From the IMG/VR virus record IMGVR_UViG_3300020220_000067, positions 1-55,342 of that record: DNA of 55,342 bases, one strand, 5' to 3'. Position numbers and translations under genes: made by a program. The stretch is from a virus (taxonomy: Duplodnaviria; Caudoviricetes). The number at the start of each line of letters is the position of its first letter. The first letter of the stretch is position 1. Under the pieces are notes generated by a model that ran no database searches, was not told where the DNA came from, and saw only the letters and a program-made list of their open reading frames with translations. This document shows positions 17,482 to 27,427 of the stretch, piece by piece.

Positions 17482-18099
17482 ATGAGTAAATTTTTAATTA
17501 GTGAATCAGAAAAATCAAGAATATTGAACATGCATAAAAATGCCACTAAACGTCAATATTTGTCCGAACAAAGCTGGAAGTGGAAACAAGGTGATCCTAC
17601 TCCTGAAAAATTAGACCCAAATACAATCAACACAACTGTAACTTTAGAATATACTGCGTTAACCACACCGGTAAAAGAGAATGACAAAACATTTAATTTT
17701 GATGGATCGAAATTAAATGTAGATATAAAAGGAATTCCTAATTTATCCGCAGGAACTTTTGTTTATGAGTTTACACTAGCGGGTAGAGGGATGAAACAAT
17801 TTGGTCCGATTACAAACGCTACTGTTAATGGTGATGTATTGTCATTCAGTATTCCTCTTAAGAGAGGAGATCTTTCTTTGGATTACATAAATAACGAGCT
17901 TATTTTAGATTCTAAAAATAAAAGGCAAGTTAATTATGTTTTATCAGTAGGCGTACTCCCAAGCTACTACGATACAAAACAACTTAGACAGACAAGTGGT
18001 ATGGCTAATGTAGTCGCAAATCAAGTACAAGGATCAAACCCAACACCACAAGTCGCTCAACAACCTCAAAGTGTAGCAACCCCAACAACAAAATCTTAA
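17482..18099 (+). CDS. Leader-tagged hypothetical protein (class D)
   Basis: MSKFLISESEKSRILNMH...YLSEQ. Confidence 0.8.
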   Translation: MSKFLISESEKSRILNMHKNATKRQYLSEQSWKWKQGDPTPEKLDPNTINTTVTLEYTALTTPVKENDKTFNFDGSKLNVDIKGIPNLSAGTFVYEFTLAGRGMKQFGPITNATVNGDVLSFSIPLKRGDLSLDYINNELILDSKNKRQVNYVLSVGVLPSYYDTKQLRQTSGMANVVANQVQGSNPTPQVAQQPQSVATPTTKS

Positions 18100-18122
18100 T
18101 TAAGATAATCATATTTATAAAG

Positions 18123-18156
18123 AATCCTCAATATCTAATATTGAGGATTTTTTTTT
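18123..18156 (+). terminator. Rho-independent terminator
   Basis: AATCCTCAATA-TCTAA-TATTGAGGATT followed by a T-run. Confidence 0.8.
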
Positions 18157-18188
18157 ACATCTTATATATTTATTAAATAAAGTAATTT

Positions 18189-19748
18189 ATGCGAAATTTT
18201 TTGTTAGAAACTGAATTAAAAAAAATGAAAATGCTTATGGGTTACGACCCACAAGAAACCCTCACAGAAAATGAAATTCCATCATTAGATAAAGTTGGAA
18301 ATACCTGGACGGGTACGTTGGATATGACTAACGCATCGGCATTTGGGAAATTTAAAAATGAAGGATCTTTTTCCGAGGCAGGAAAAATAGTTTATATCGA
18401 AGCGGCATCTTCAGCCATTGGTTACGAGGGTATCACAGTTTCGACACCAAAACAAGAAAATTCAAATAAAGAAGATACGGAAACTAAAGTGCCGGTATCA
18501 ATTGATATTGATGTAGATGCGACTGAACCTTTTGAGTTCGATTCACTTAATTTAGTTTCTGGTGGAACTGAAGCAATTACAAAGTTTGCAAATGAAATTT
18601 TAACAGGAGTTGAGGAAGATTATGGACCTGATGTTAAAGAAAAATATTATACTTGGTTAAAATCAAAACCGATTACAATTAGGGCGTATTCCTCAATTGA
18701 CGCATCTTCTAATTTTCCTGACGGTGGTACAGTTGCTGAGTGTGCTCAATATGGGACAGGAAAAGGACCAAGAAAAACTTATAATAAATGTTTATCACAA
18801 AAAAGAGCCGAAGTTATTGTTTCTGAACTAAAAAAGAAAGGTGGTATACTTGCAGAGTTAACCTATGATCCTGTTGGTATGGGCGAAACAAACAAATTTA
18901 GTAAAATTGTTTGGGCCGATGGGAATAAAACTTTCGGACCAAAACCTAGTAAAAGCGAAGATCAAAAAAATCCTAACGGAACTGATAAAACACAACCTGA
19001 CAGAAGATTTGAAATAATTGTACCTACTTTTACATTGTCTGACCCTCAACCAAATCCCGACGACGATAAATCAAACAACTCCAATATTAGTTCTGTAGGA
19101 AAAAGACCTATGTGTTACAAATGGGCGGTAGTTTTAGGTATTGCCACCGAAGAAAATATTGCATATGGAAAAGAAAAAGAAGGACGAAACGGAATGTTGG
19201 TAGATGATAGAAATCAACCAATAATGGTAAATTTAAAAACTCAAGCCCCTCAATCATTAATGAGCCAAAAAGGAATTTGTTGGGATTCTGAAGTTATGGG
19301 TTGTGACAGTCAAAAAGGAAATTTTATTTGGTGTAAAAATCAATGGCCTTTAGTTTGGGACCTTAGTAGTGACTTAGGAATAACTGGCGATTACAAAATT
19401 CCTTGTAGAAAAGAAGCGGGAGGGGCAAGAATGTTTTTTGATGGTAAAGTTTTAGAAGATAAACTAGGTGAAGATTATCCAAAATATTTTTACTTTGATA
19501 CAGACGACAAAAATCCCGAGGTTACAATATCAACTTCAGGTATAGAATTGAACTTTGAAAAACAAAATATATATTTTGGTCCATGGATTACACCTCAAAA
19601 AAATTTAGATCAAACAAATTCTGTATTTAAAATAACCCCTTATAAATTTAAAGTTTCAAATGTTGGTACTGGAGGCGAAAACAACGATATTCAAATAGTT
19701 GGATTGAGTAAAATTTCATTTTCACTAAGTAAAAACCCAAATCTATAA
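18189..19748 (+). CDS. Protein with OmpA-C-like peptidoglycan-binding domain and class E leader
   Basis: FEFDS, ITIRAYSS, YNKCLSQKRAEVI, GMGET and DRRFEI motifs. Confidence 0.65.
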   Translation: MRNFLLETELKKMKMLMGYDPQETLTENEIPSLDKVGNTWTGTLDMTNASAFGKFKNEGSFSEAGKIVYIEAASSAIGYEGITVSTPKQENSNKEDTETKVPVSIDIDVDATEPFEFDSLNLVSGGTEAITKFANEILTGVEEDYGPDVKEKYYTWLKSKPITIRAYSSIDASSNFPDGGTVAECAQYGTGKGPRKTYNKCLSQKRAEVIVSELKKKGGILAELTYDPVGMGETNKFSKIVWADGNKTFGPKPSKSEDQKNPNGTDKTQPDRRFEIIVPTFTLSDPQPNPDDDKSNNSNISSVGKRPMCYKWAVVLGIATEENIAYGKEKEGRNGMLVDDRNQPIMVNLKTQAPQSLMSQKGICWDSEVMGCDSQKGNFIWCKNQWPLVWDLSSDLGITGDYKIPCRKEAGGARMFFDGKVLEDKLGEDYPKYFYFDTDDKNPEVTISTSGIELNFEKQNIYFGPWITPQKNLDQTNSVFKITPYKFKVSNVGTGGENNDIQIVGLSKISFSLSKNPNL

Positions 19749-19766
19749 AAAAAATTAAAATTTTTT

Positions 19767-19797
19767 TTTGTAACGTTTGAAAAAAAAAGTATATTTG
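19767..19797 (+). promoter_or_regulatory. Bacteroidota housekeeping-sigma promoter (TTTG-N19-TATATTTG)
   Basis: Matches the -33/-7 consensus; ATG is 4 nt downstream. Confidence 0.75.
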
Positions 19798-19801
19798 TAG
19801 T

Positions 19802-20425
19802 ATGAAAACTTTGATACTTACAATTCTTTTACCTTTTACTTTTTTATCTCAAGTAATCGATTATAATAATTTTGACTCTAAACGGGCTGAAGTTGTTTTA
19901 TTTGAAACTTTACAACATTTTAGAGATACTATACAATACACTGGTGGTGGAAAACTTCAAAAAGAATGTTATTCCGGTGTTAAAGATTATAAAACATCTA
20001 TGAAATGGGTATGGTCTGATGATGTTTACAAACTTTTTAGTAAACCAAATTGTGAAAAAATTGTCAAAGAAAATCGTTTATATCACAACGACGTTAAAGA
20101 TTTTTTCAAAAGTGAAAAGTGTCAACAATTATTCATTCCAATAGTTTGGAAAAACTATAAAGGCAATTATCCATTTACCCCCCACGTTGCTTATTCTGAA
20201 AATGGAGTAATGAGTACTGTTGAATATAAAACGTATCAAGAAATGGCCAACGATATGATCAAAATTTGGGAAAGCTCAATTATGCATAAAGGAACTCAAA
20301 GACGGTTTTTTTCCGACGAAATTGTTAAGTTGTTTGGTAAAGATTTATATACACAAGTCGCTTGTTGTGTTAGATATTCAAACGGATCTTTTTGGGCTTT
20401 TGTAAATATTGTATACGCCACTTAA
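19802..20425 (+). CDS. Secreted CAP/SCP-like domain protein
   Basis: Signal peptide; SEN...YQEMA...WESSIMH motif; paralog of 53524. Confidence 0.6.
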   Translation: MKTLILTILLPFTFLSQVIDYNNFDSKRAEVVLFETLQHFRDTIQYTGGGKLQKECYSGVKDYKTSMKWVWSDDVYKLFSKPNCEKIVKENRLYHNDVKDFFKSEKCQQLFIPIVWKNYKGNYPFTPHVAYSENGVMSTVEYKTYQEMANDMIKIWESSIMHKGTQRRFFSDEIVKLFGKDLYTQVACCVRYSNGSFWAFVNIVYAT

Positions 20426-20463
20426 TTTTATTGATTATATTGATATTTATAAATAAAAAACTT

Positions 20464-20814
20464 ATGAATACAAGAAGTCAATCAAAAATAAGACAAACTC
20501 AACAATTAAATTTGTTGTCAGAACAAAGATATTTTGCAAATAAATCTCTTGTTAAAGAAGATGTCTCAAGATGTTTCAAAGATACAGGAATTGATTTAGA
20601 AAAATGTCCATCATGTAAAGCGTCCCCTGTACCTGGTCAAACTCCTGATTTAGCGAAATGTATGCAAGAATTAAAAAATCAACAAATTGACACAACTAAA
20701 GTTACTTCTATTGTGGCTTGTATAACAAAAGAATTAGGTATCGGTATGGATAATATACAATTACCAAACATAAATATTGGAACATTTCCTGGAATTGCAG
20801 GAGGTAACTTTTAA
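20464..20814 (+). CDS. Cys-containing hypothetical protein with leader
   Basis: Likely start ATG 20464 after TATTTAT; LSEQ and LVKE sites. Confidence 0.7.
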   Translation: MNTRSQSKIRQTQQLNLLSEQRYFANKSLVKEDVSRCFKDTGIDLEKCPSCKASPVPGQTPDLAKCMQELKNQQIDTTKVTSIVACITKELGIGMDNIQLPNINIGTFPGIAGGNF

Positions 20815-20833
20815 AGTTCGAACTAATATTTAA

Positions 20834-20863
20834 AAACCCTTGAAGATAATTTCAAGGGTTTTT
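20834..20863 (+). terminator. Rho-independent terminator
   Basis: AAACCCTTGAA...TTCAAGGGTTT. Confidence 0.8.
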
Positions 20864-20885
20864 CTTTGCCATTATATTTATTATT

Positions 20886-21611
20886 ATGAAACTCAAATTA
20901 ACTAAGGATCAATACAATAATTTGTTTGAACAAAATACATCTTTAGACATACCTATTGTTGGAAAATTAGATGTTTCTAAAATTCCTTTGGTCGGAGATA
21001 TGATAGCGCCAAAGGAGTTTAAAAAAAAGTTTAAAAAAATATCTCAAAATACTATTTTAGAAGAAAGGTATCAATTAAAAATTTATAGAAGAGAAGAAAA
21101 TAACACTTACCCTAAGGAAATATGTGTGGTATTCAATGGATTTTTGAACGTTGGGGTCGACTACTCAACATTACCTTCAGGATTATTAGATCTAAGAACA
21201 GTTGTAATTTCTGAATATAATAATAAATTCGAGGACGTAAAATCACAATTAGAATTATTAACAAAAGATAAGACCTCTACTTTATACAATCAAAAAATTA
21301 AAATTACTTCTATTATTGGATTTTCTTTGGGTGGGAGAATACCGACCAAATATATAAATCGAGGATATTTTATAGGTTTGATTGATCCTTACTTAGATAA
21401 AGAATCATTAGGTAGATCTTTGGTGAATGATTTATCAAATGTTAGAATGATTTATGGAAATGATCTTTTTTGGAATTCATTGGCTCAATCACACGTTTAT
21501 GACAATATTAAAAAATTGGCAAGAAAAATGGAAGATAAAGCAAAGTTTGTTAATAAATTTCACACCGAAATTCCAAAAATATTTTTCGAAAAATACTACA
21601 AATTAATGTAA
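20886..21611 (+). CDS. Putative alpha/beta hydrolase with class B-like leader
   Basis: IIGFSLGG (GxSxG), LIDP, late His; MKLKLTKDQYNNLFEQ. Confidence 0.55.
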   Translation: MKLKLTKDQYNNLFEQNTSLDIPIVGKLDVSKIPLVGDMIAPKEFKKKFKKISQNTILEERYQLKIYRREENNTYPKEICVVFNGFLNVGVDYSTLPSGLLDLRTVVISEYNNKFEDVKSQLELLTKDKTSTLYNQKIKITSIIGFSLGGRIPTKYINRGYFIGLIDPYLDKESLGRSLVNDLSNVRMIYGNDLFWNSLAQSHVYDNIKKLARKMEDKAKFVNKFHTEIPKIFFEKYYKLM

Positions 21612-21621
21612 TTTTAATATA

Positions 21622-22041
21622 ATGAAACTCCCAAAAAAATTTGTTAATCATTTACTGTCACTGTATCAAGATATGGGTTATGACCAAGGATCTGCAAAAG
21701 AAGAACTCAAGAGTTTAGTTGACTTAATGAATTCCTTTCCTAAAGAAATACTATTATATCGTATCATACATTTAGAAAATAAAAAAATTTTAGACACAAA
21801 AAAATTGGGAAGTCATTACTCTTATGATAAAGAGAATTTATTAAATTCTCATTACGGTAGATCTAGTGTTTCTTTTTTAAATCAGGACGGTCAAACAGTT
21901 TTAGTTACCGTAAAGGTTGATAAAAAACAAATAGATTTAGTTGAGACATTATCAAATAACATACTTTATCCACACGAGATGGAAATTACTCTGAAAGATT
22001 ATGGCCATAGAGTTACTATTCTTGACATCGAAAATATTTAA
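21622..22041 (+). CDS. Possible ADP-ribosyltransferase-fold protein
   Basis: LYR ... SHYS ... HEMEI in the order of the R-S-ExE signature. Confidence 0.4.
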   Translation: MKLPKKFVNHLLSLYQDMGYDQGSAKEELKSLVDLMNSFPKEILLYRIIHLENKKILDTKKLGSHYSYDKENLLNSHYGRSSVSFLNQDGQTVLVTVKVDKKQIDLVETLSNNILYPHEMEITLKDYGHRVTILDIENI

Positions 22042-22097
22042 CTTTTTGTAGTAAGCAGATATTTATAAAAATAATAAAAATAAAAAATTCATCAAAA

Positions 22098-22418
22098 ATG
22101 AGCAAATACCTAAAATTAACAGAATCCGAATTAATAAACTTAATTCAAAATATAATTAAAGAAGAGGAAGAAATGACCTCTGATGTTGAACAAATTTTCC
22201 AAGAAAAAGGAGTTACTTTACCAGAAGCTTGTAAAACTAAAGTGGACCAATCTACAGGACAGGAAACTTCTAACTTAAAAGCTTGTTTTGATGAATTTAC
22301 AAAACAAAATGAAAAAATTATGGGGATTGCAACTGCGCTACAATCTATGATGGCAAGTAAAGGAATTCAAACAGAATCAAGACGACGAGTATATAATAGA
22401 AGATATGGAAGATATTGA
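22098..22418 (+). CDS. Class A leader protein with TE-SRRRVYNRRYGRY tail
   Basis: MSKYLKLTESELINLIQNIIKE. Confidence 0.8.
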   Translation: MSKYLKLTESELINLIQNIIKEEEEMTSDVEQIFQEKGVTLPEACKTKVDQSTGQETSNLKACFDEFTKQNEKIMGIATALQSMMASKGIQTESRRRVYNRRYGRY

Positions 22419-22437
22419 TTCTGAACTATTTTATAAA

Positions 22438-22464
22438 TAAAACCCTCATCAGAGGGTTTTTTTG
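22438..22464 (+). terminator. Rho-independent terminator
   Basis: AAAACCCTC-ATCA-GAGGGTTTT. Confidence 0.8.
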
Positions 22465-22484
22465 TTTTTATACTATTTATCAAT

Positions 22485-22856
22485 ATGAAAATAATTATCA
22501 CTGAAAGTCAAAGACACAAGATGTACCAAAGATTACGTAGAATCTCTGAGTTAAAAGAAAGTATTGAGTTTCAAACTGAAGTTCATGATCCATGTAACTT
22601 TGAAGACGGTGAAAATTATGCCGATTTTTGTATTGATGAAGCATTTTGTTTTTTTTATCGAGATCAAAATTGTAATGATGACTATGATGAAGATTATGAT
22701 GAGGATGAAGATGAAGGGGATGAAGTACCAAAAAAATATGATATTTTTGATGATGAAGATTATCCTGAAAGAGAAGAATTATATAATTTATTGTACGAGG
22801 AATATTTTTTCAAAATAAAAGAAATGTGGGAAGAATATTCCATAAATTGTAAATAG
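22485..22856 (+). CDS. Class B leader acidic protein (RR...DPC family)
   Basis: MKIIITESQ...LRR...HDPCNF. Confidence 0.8.
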   Translation: MKIIITESQRHKMYQRLRRISELKESIEFQTEVHDPCNFEDGENYADFCIDEAFCFFYRDQNCNDDYDEDYDEDEDEGDEVPKKYDIFDDEDYPEREELYNLLYEEYFFKIKEMWEEYSINCK

Positions 22857-22865
22857 ATATATATT

Positions 22866-22991
22866 GTGGCCAAGGCAAAAAAAATAGGAAAAAAACCTAA
22901 AAACAAAGTTAATTTGAAAAAAAGGTTAAGAGTAATTAAAAAAAATGAAGACATGATTGAAATGTTGAATCTATCAGATAAAAAAAAATAA
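22866..22991 (+). CDS. 41-aa Lys-rich protein
   Basis: GTG start, MAKAKKIGKKPKNKVNLKKRL..., translated by hand. Confidence 0.5.
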   Translation: MAKAKKIGKKPKNKVNLKKRLRVIKKNEDMIEMLNLSDKKK

Positions 22992-23026
22992 CGGTGTAGT
23001 TATATTTTTTTGGATATTTATTGAAT

Positions 23027-23611
23027 ATGAATTATAATAACTTTAAATTGAATTTAAAAAAAATTTTGGTTAAAAACAACCAAATGGAAATTTTGCAATC
23101 CAAAAATTTAAATTATTCGTTGTATGATGATACAATTTTAAGAATTAAAAATCTTGCGTCAAATCTTGATAGTAACGACATAATCATCAAAGAATATTAT
23201 AGAAGATTGGAAAGGGATTCAAAAAATATGTTGGACGGTCAAGTAAGAATTAATTTTTTAAAAAAAATAAATGAAATGAAAAAGGGATCAATCGATCCTT
23301 CGACAACAACACAGAATTTTATTAAAAAATACAATGACAAAATAAGTGACTTGGCAGAGCAAATAATAATAGAGGACGTAAAAAAAATAATTTTCAAAAA
23401 AGACGAGCTAAGTCAAAAATTATCAAAAAATATAAACAACATAGTTAAAAGGATAGATAACTTTATTATCAAAGAAGAAAATATCCAAAACAAAAAAAAC
23501 GTCGTAAATTTAATTTATAATGTGATAGATAAAAAAATGAAAAAAGTGGTTCCTTATAATAAAATTGACCCAATATCAAATTGGGTAAACAAAAAAATTA
23601 AAAATTTTTGA
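23027..23611 (+). CDS. Hypothetical protein
   Basis: ORF track; TATTTAT upstream. Confidence 0.65.
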   Translation: MNYNNFKLNLKKILVKNNQMEILQSKNLNYSLYDDTILRIKNLASNLDSNDIIIKEYYRRLERDSKNMLDGQVRINFLKKINEMKKGSIDPSTTTQNFIKKYNDKISDLAEQIIIEDVKKIIFKKDELSQKLSKNINNIVKRIDNFIIKEENIQNKKNVVNLIYNVIDKKMKKVVPYNKIDPISNWVNKKIKNF

Positions 23612-23612
23612 A

Positions 23613-24140
23613 ATGGAAAATAAAGAAAAAACAATTATCAAAGAAGAAATTAATTATATAAAATACTTATTCGAGTATCAAAAAGGTAAAGTTGTTTCTG
23701 AACAAATGACACCACCGTCGCCAACACCTCCACCAACAAGTCAAAATCAGGATATGAACGCAAAAAAACCTGAAGGTGTGACTGATGAGAAATCTCCACA
23801 AGAACTTATGAAAGATGCTAGTTATGAAATATGTTCTAAAAATGAAAACCAAGAAAGATGTCGAAGTTGTGGTGAAGTTGCAAAAAATTTAGAACTTGGA
23901 AAGTTAAGAGAAAAAGAAATTGAATCTTGTTTAGAATGTAAGAAAAAAACAGGCACTGATTACTTGAAGTGTGATGAGTTAAAAGGTCAGTTGTTAGCGG
24001 CATCAGGAAAATTAAGTACGGAAAAAAAGGGAGTTGAGACAAAGACATCCGCTTGGGTATTACTAGGATCAACTTTACTAACTTTATTCAAAGATATTAA
24101 ATCAATGTTTACAAACGATTCAAATCAAGGACCAATGTAA
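23613..24140 (+). CDS. Cys-rich hypothetical protein with leader and C-terminal hydrophobic segment
   Basis: IIKEEINYIKYLFEY...VSEQ; two CxxC pairs. Confidence 0.75.
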   Translation: MENKEKTIIKEEINYIKYLFEYQKGKVVSEQMTPPSPTPPPTSQNQDMNAKKPEGVTDEKSPQELMKDASYEICSKNENQERCRSCGEVAKNLELGKLREKEIESCLECKKKTGTDYLKCDELKGQLLAASGKLSTEKKGVETKTSAWVLLGSTLLTLFKDIKSMFTNDSNQGPM

Positions 24141-24141
24141 A

Positions 24142-24348
24142 ATGGTAAAAAAAAACATTAAAGATTTTTTTAAATACTTCATCATAAACATGATGAATAA
24201 ATATGGTTCTTTTATGTGGATTGGTACTCATGTTGGTATGACACAAGTTGATTGGCATTGGGTTTTTGAAATGTTTCTTTGTGTGTTAGTAAATATTTTA
24301 ATGGTTGTTGCAATCTATTTGGAATGGTCAAAAGAACACACCAATTAA
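24142..24348 (+). CDS. Small membrane protein
   Basis: Hydrophobic segments. Confidence 0.55.
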   Translation: MVKKNIKDFFKYFIINMMNKYGSFMWIGTHVGMTQVDWHWVFEMFLCVLVNILMVVAIYLEWSKEHTN

Positions 24349-24620
24349 TTTATATACTCAATTGAAGAAGTAATAATTAAAGGTTTGTCTCTACCGATAA
24401 CCTTCCAACCCAATTTTGTTATTATTTCCAATCCATCAGGAAAAATTTCAGAAGATTTTTCAATATCCGTTACAAAAATTGTAATACAAACTAAATGAGA
24501 TTTTTTACTTCTTATAAAATCTAAACTTTTTACTTTTACGTAACAATTTTCCCCAAAATAAGTTGTCATCGTCAACTTCAAAGATTTGTTTATTATATTT
24601 TCTAAAAGTTTTTTCCTCAT
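24345..24620 (-). CDS. Hypothetical protein
   Basis: 91-aa ORF. Confidence 0.6.
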   Translation of the reverse strand: MRKKLLENIINKSLKLTMTTYFGENCYVKVKSLDFIRSKKSHLVCITIFVTDIEKSSEIFPDGLEIITKLGWKVIGRDKPLIITSSIEYIN

Positions 24621-24729
24621 GAGATAAAAATATCTATTATTTCTTACAAAATAAACCTGACTATGCTAATTTATGTTCTAATCAACACAACCATATGGTT
24701 TATTTTTGGTATTTATTGAAAAATTACTT

Positions 24730-27180
24730 ATGAAACACATTTTATTTCTATTATTACTTCCCTTTTTTGTATTCTCACAAAATTGTCCTTACATTGGACC
24801 TGATTTAACTTTACCTTGTGGAGTAAATCAAACAACATTAACTGCAGATCTTTCACAATGTGGTCCCAATGCCTTACCACAAGGAACTTCTAATTATGGA
24901 GTTACCAACATACCGTATGTTGCTCAAGTGAATAACGGAACGTTGGTTCAGTTGAGTGATGATGTTCAATCAGGAATATTTAATATCGGTTTTACTTTTT
25001 GTTTTTATGGTCAAACATTTACACAATTTAGAATTGGGTCCAATGGTTGGGTTTCATTAGGAGTTGGAGTTCAACCAGCAACATTTACATCAACACCAAT
25101 TCCGAATGCGGGAGCAGGTGTGCCCAAAAATTGTATTATGGGCCCATGGCAAGATTGGAATCCTGGTATCGGGGGTCAAGTAAGGTACCAAGTACAAGGA
25201 GTTGCACCATGTCGTAAATTAGTTGTTAGTTGGATTGGAGTTCCAATGTATTCTTGTACTAATTTACAAGGAACTTTTCATATTATTCTATACGAATCTA
25301 CCAACGTAATAGAAAATCACATCGCAAATAAACCAAATTGTCCACAATGGGCAGGAGGAACGGCAGTTCAAGGAATTCACAATCTTTTAGGAAATATTGC
25401 GGTGCCAGTTCTTGGTAGAAATTCAACTCAATGGACTACAGTCAACAATGCTTACCGATGGACCCCAAGTGGAGGACCAATTCAACCAACTTGGACTTGG
25501 TATCAAATTGGGAATCCAAATCCAATAGGAACAGGATTAAGTATTACGGTTACACCACCTATTGGAGGAGCTTATTATACCTGTCAACCTGTTTATCCTT
25601 CATGTAATGCTGGGTGGTCTTCTTGTAATTTAGGTGCGGGTCAAGGTCCTGATACTATTTTAGTCACACCAACTCCCAATTTACCTCCCCCAACAATTAC
25701 GCCAACTGATCCTTTATGTAATAATGGTTGTGACGGAACTATTGTTGTTACCCCTATTGGTGGATTGGCTCCATATGTTATCAATTGGACTAATGGATCA
25801 AACACTCTAACACTAAATAACTTGTGTGCAGGAACATATAACTTTTCTCTAACAGACGCTAATGGTTGTGTTTATAATGGAACGTCAACTTTATTAAACC
25901 CACCACCTCTACAATTACCAACAGTAACCCCAACAGACCCAACTTGTTTTGGTTATTGCGACGGATCAGCGATTGTAAATCCTGTTGATGGGCTTGCCCC
26001 ATACACTTACCTTTGGAATAATGGTCAAACAACTCAAACGGCAACCAATTTATGTTCAGGAAACTATTCTGTTACCGTTACAGACGCAAATAACTGTCCC
26101 GCAACTCAAACAACAACGTTAGTTGATCCTTTACTTGTATCAATTAACCCAATTACAGGATCTGATACCGTTTGTTTTAACTCTACGGGTAATTCATACA
26201 ACCTCTCAAGTGTTTTTCCTAACCTTGAGTACGTTTGGACTAATACAATGGGAAATATCTCGTCAGGACAAGGAACGAATCAAATAAACTTGGATGTAAT
26301 TGGTGTAAATGGGGGTTTTTATACTAATACTTTATCTGTTATTGGTGTAAATCAACTTGGTTGTCAATCATCACCACAAACTTTCTCTATAGTTGTATTA
26401 AATATCCTTCCTGTTATTATTCAAGTGGGTCCCTTTTGTGAATACGACAATTGTATTAACTTGATTGCAACCCCACCTAATGGAATTTTTAATGGATTTA
26501 ATGTAATTGGTAATCAATATTGTCCAAATAATGGATTTTTTGGTCTCGATGAGGTTACATACACCTATACACAATCAGGATGTATGTTTGATACGTCAAT
26601 ATTTGTACAAACTTACTCAAGACCATCAATAATTCCCGTTACAAACGGTATTGTTGGTGAAAATACAGAGTATCACCAAATATGTGAGGGAGATACCGTA
26701 CAAGATGCGTTCAGTTTGAACTCTCCGAGTGGTGGATTTAACGAATGGTATGTATTTGGTGACACAACACAGACACAAAATCTATTAATCACATGGAATA
26801 TGGATGGAATTTACACATTTCAGGGTGTTAGATGGGACAATGGTTGTGTTTCTAACCCCCAAACGTTCACTGTAACGTTGGAATTGTGTCCAAATGACAT
26901 ATTTTACATACCGAACGCCTTTACACCTGATGGAGACGAGAAAAACAATGTATTTAAACCCATAATTACCTCAGGAGTAGACATTTTTAACTATTCTTTC
27001 GTCATTTTTAATCGTTGGGGACAAATTATATGGGAATCATTCAACACTAATGTAGGTTGGGACGGTACATATAACAATATTATGTGTCAAGACGGTGTTT
27101 ATACGTGGAAAATGAGGTATAAAAATCCTAAAAACGATGAAATTCGTGAATTTTATGGAAATTTTACATTAATTAGATAA
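24730..27180 (+). CDS. Secreted SprB-repeat adhesin-like protein with T9SS type-B (gliding-motility-associated) C-terminal domain
   Basis: Signal peptide MKHILFLLLLPFFVFSQ; repeats TDPxC...DG...GxAPY...W; C-terminal IPNAFTPDGD...IFNRWG...WDG...DGVY. Confidence 0.9.
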   Translation: MKHILFLLLLPFFVFSQNCPYIGPDLTLPCGVNQTTLTADLSQCGPNALPQGTSNYGVTNIPYVAQVNNGTLVQLSDDVQSGIFNIGFTFCFYGQTFTQFRIGSNGWVSLGVGVQPATFTSTPIPNAGAGVPKNCIMGPWQDWNPGIGGQVRYQVQGVAPCRKLVVSWIGVPMYSCTNLQGTFHIILYESTNVIENHIANKPNCPQWAGGTAVQGIHNLLGNIAVPVLGRNSTQWTTVNNAYRWTPSGGPIQPTWTWYQIGNPNPIGTGLSITVTPPIGGAYYTCQPVYPSCNAGWSSCNLGAGQGPDTILVTPTPNLPPPTITPTDPLCNNGCDGTIVVTPIGGLAPYVINWTNGSNTLTLNNLCAGTYNFSLTDANGCVYNGTSTLLNPPPLQLPTVTPTDPTCFGYCDGSAIVNPVDGLAPYTYLWNNGQTTQTATNLCSGNYSVTVTDANNCPATQTTTLVDPLLVSINPITGSDTVCFNSTGNSYNLSSVFPNLEYVWTNTMGNISSGQGTNQINLDVIGVNGGFYTNTLSVIGVNQLGCQSSPQTFSIVVLNILPVIIQVGPFCEYDNCINLIATPPNGIFNGFNVIGNQYCPNNGFFGLDEVTYTYTQSGCMFDTSIFVQTYSRPSIIPVTNGIVGENTEYHQICEGDTVQDAFSLNSPSGGFNEWYVFGDTTQTQNLLITWNMDGIYTFQGVRWDNGCVSNPQTFTVTLELCPNDIFYIPNAFTPDGDEKNNVFKPIITSGVDIFNYSFVIFNRWGQIIWESFNTNVGWDGTYNNIMCQDGVYTWKMRYKNPKNDEIREFYGNFTLIR

Positions 27181-27193
27181 AAAAAAGAAAAAA

Positions 27194-27424
27194 ATGGTGT
27201 TTTTAGCAATAAGTTTGATGTTTTTTGGGTTTGTTTTGTTGTTTATGACAATAATGTTTATAATTTGGTGGAAAAAGTACGGTAAAGAACTATTTTTTAC
27301 ACTAAAAAACGGTTTTTTAAACCAAAAAGGAGGAATTTTACCTCAAAACATGCCGAAATACATGGGATTACATCAACAAATCAAGAATTTTTATCAAATT
27401 ATTAATAAAATGAATAGAAAATAA
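27194..27424 (+). CDS. Small membrane protein
   Basis: N-terminal TM segment followed by WWKKYG. Confidence 0.65.
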   Translation: MVFLAISLMFFGFVLLFMTIMFIIWWKKYGKELFFTLKNGFLNQKGGILPQNMPKYMGLHQQIKNFYQIINKMNRK

Positions 27425-27427
27425 ACA

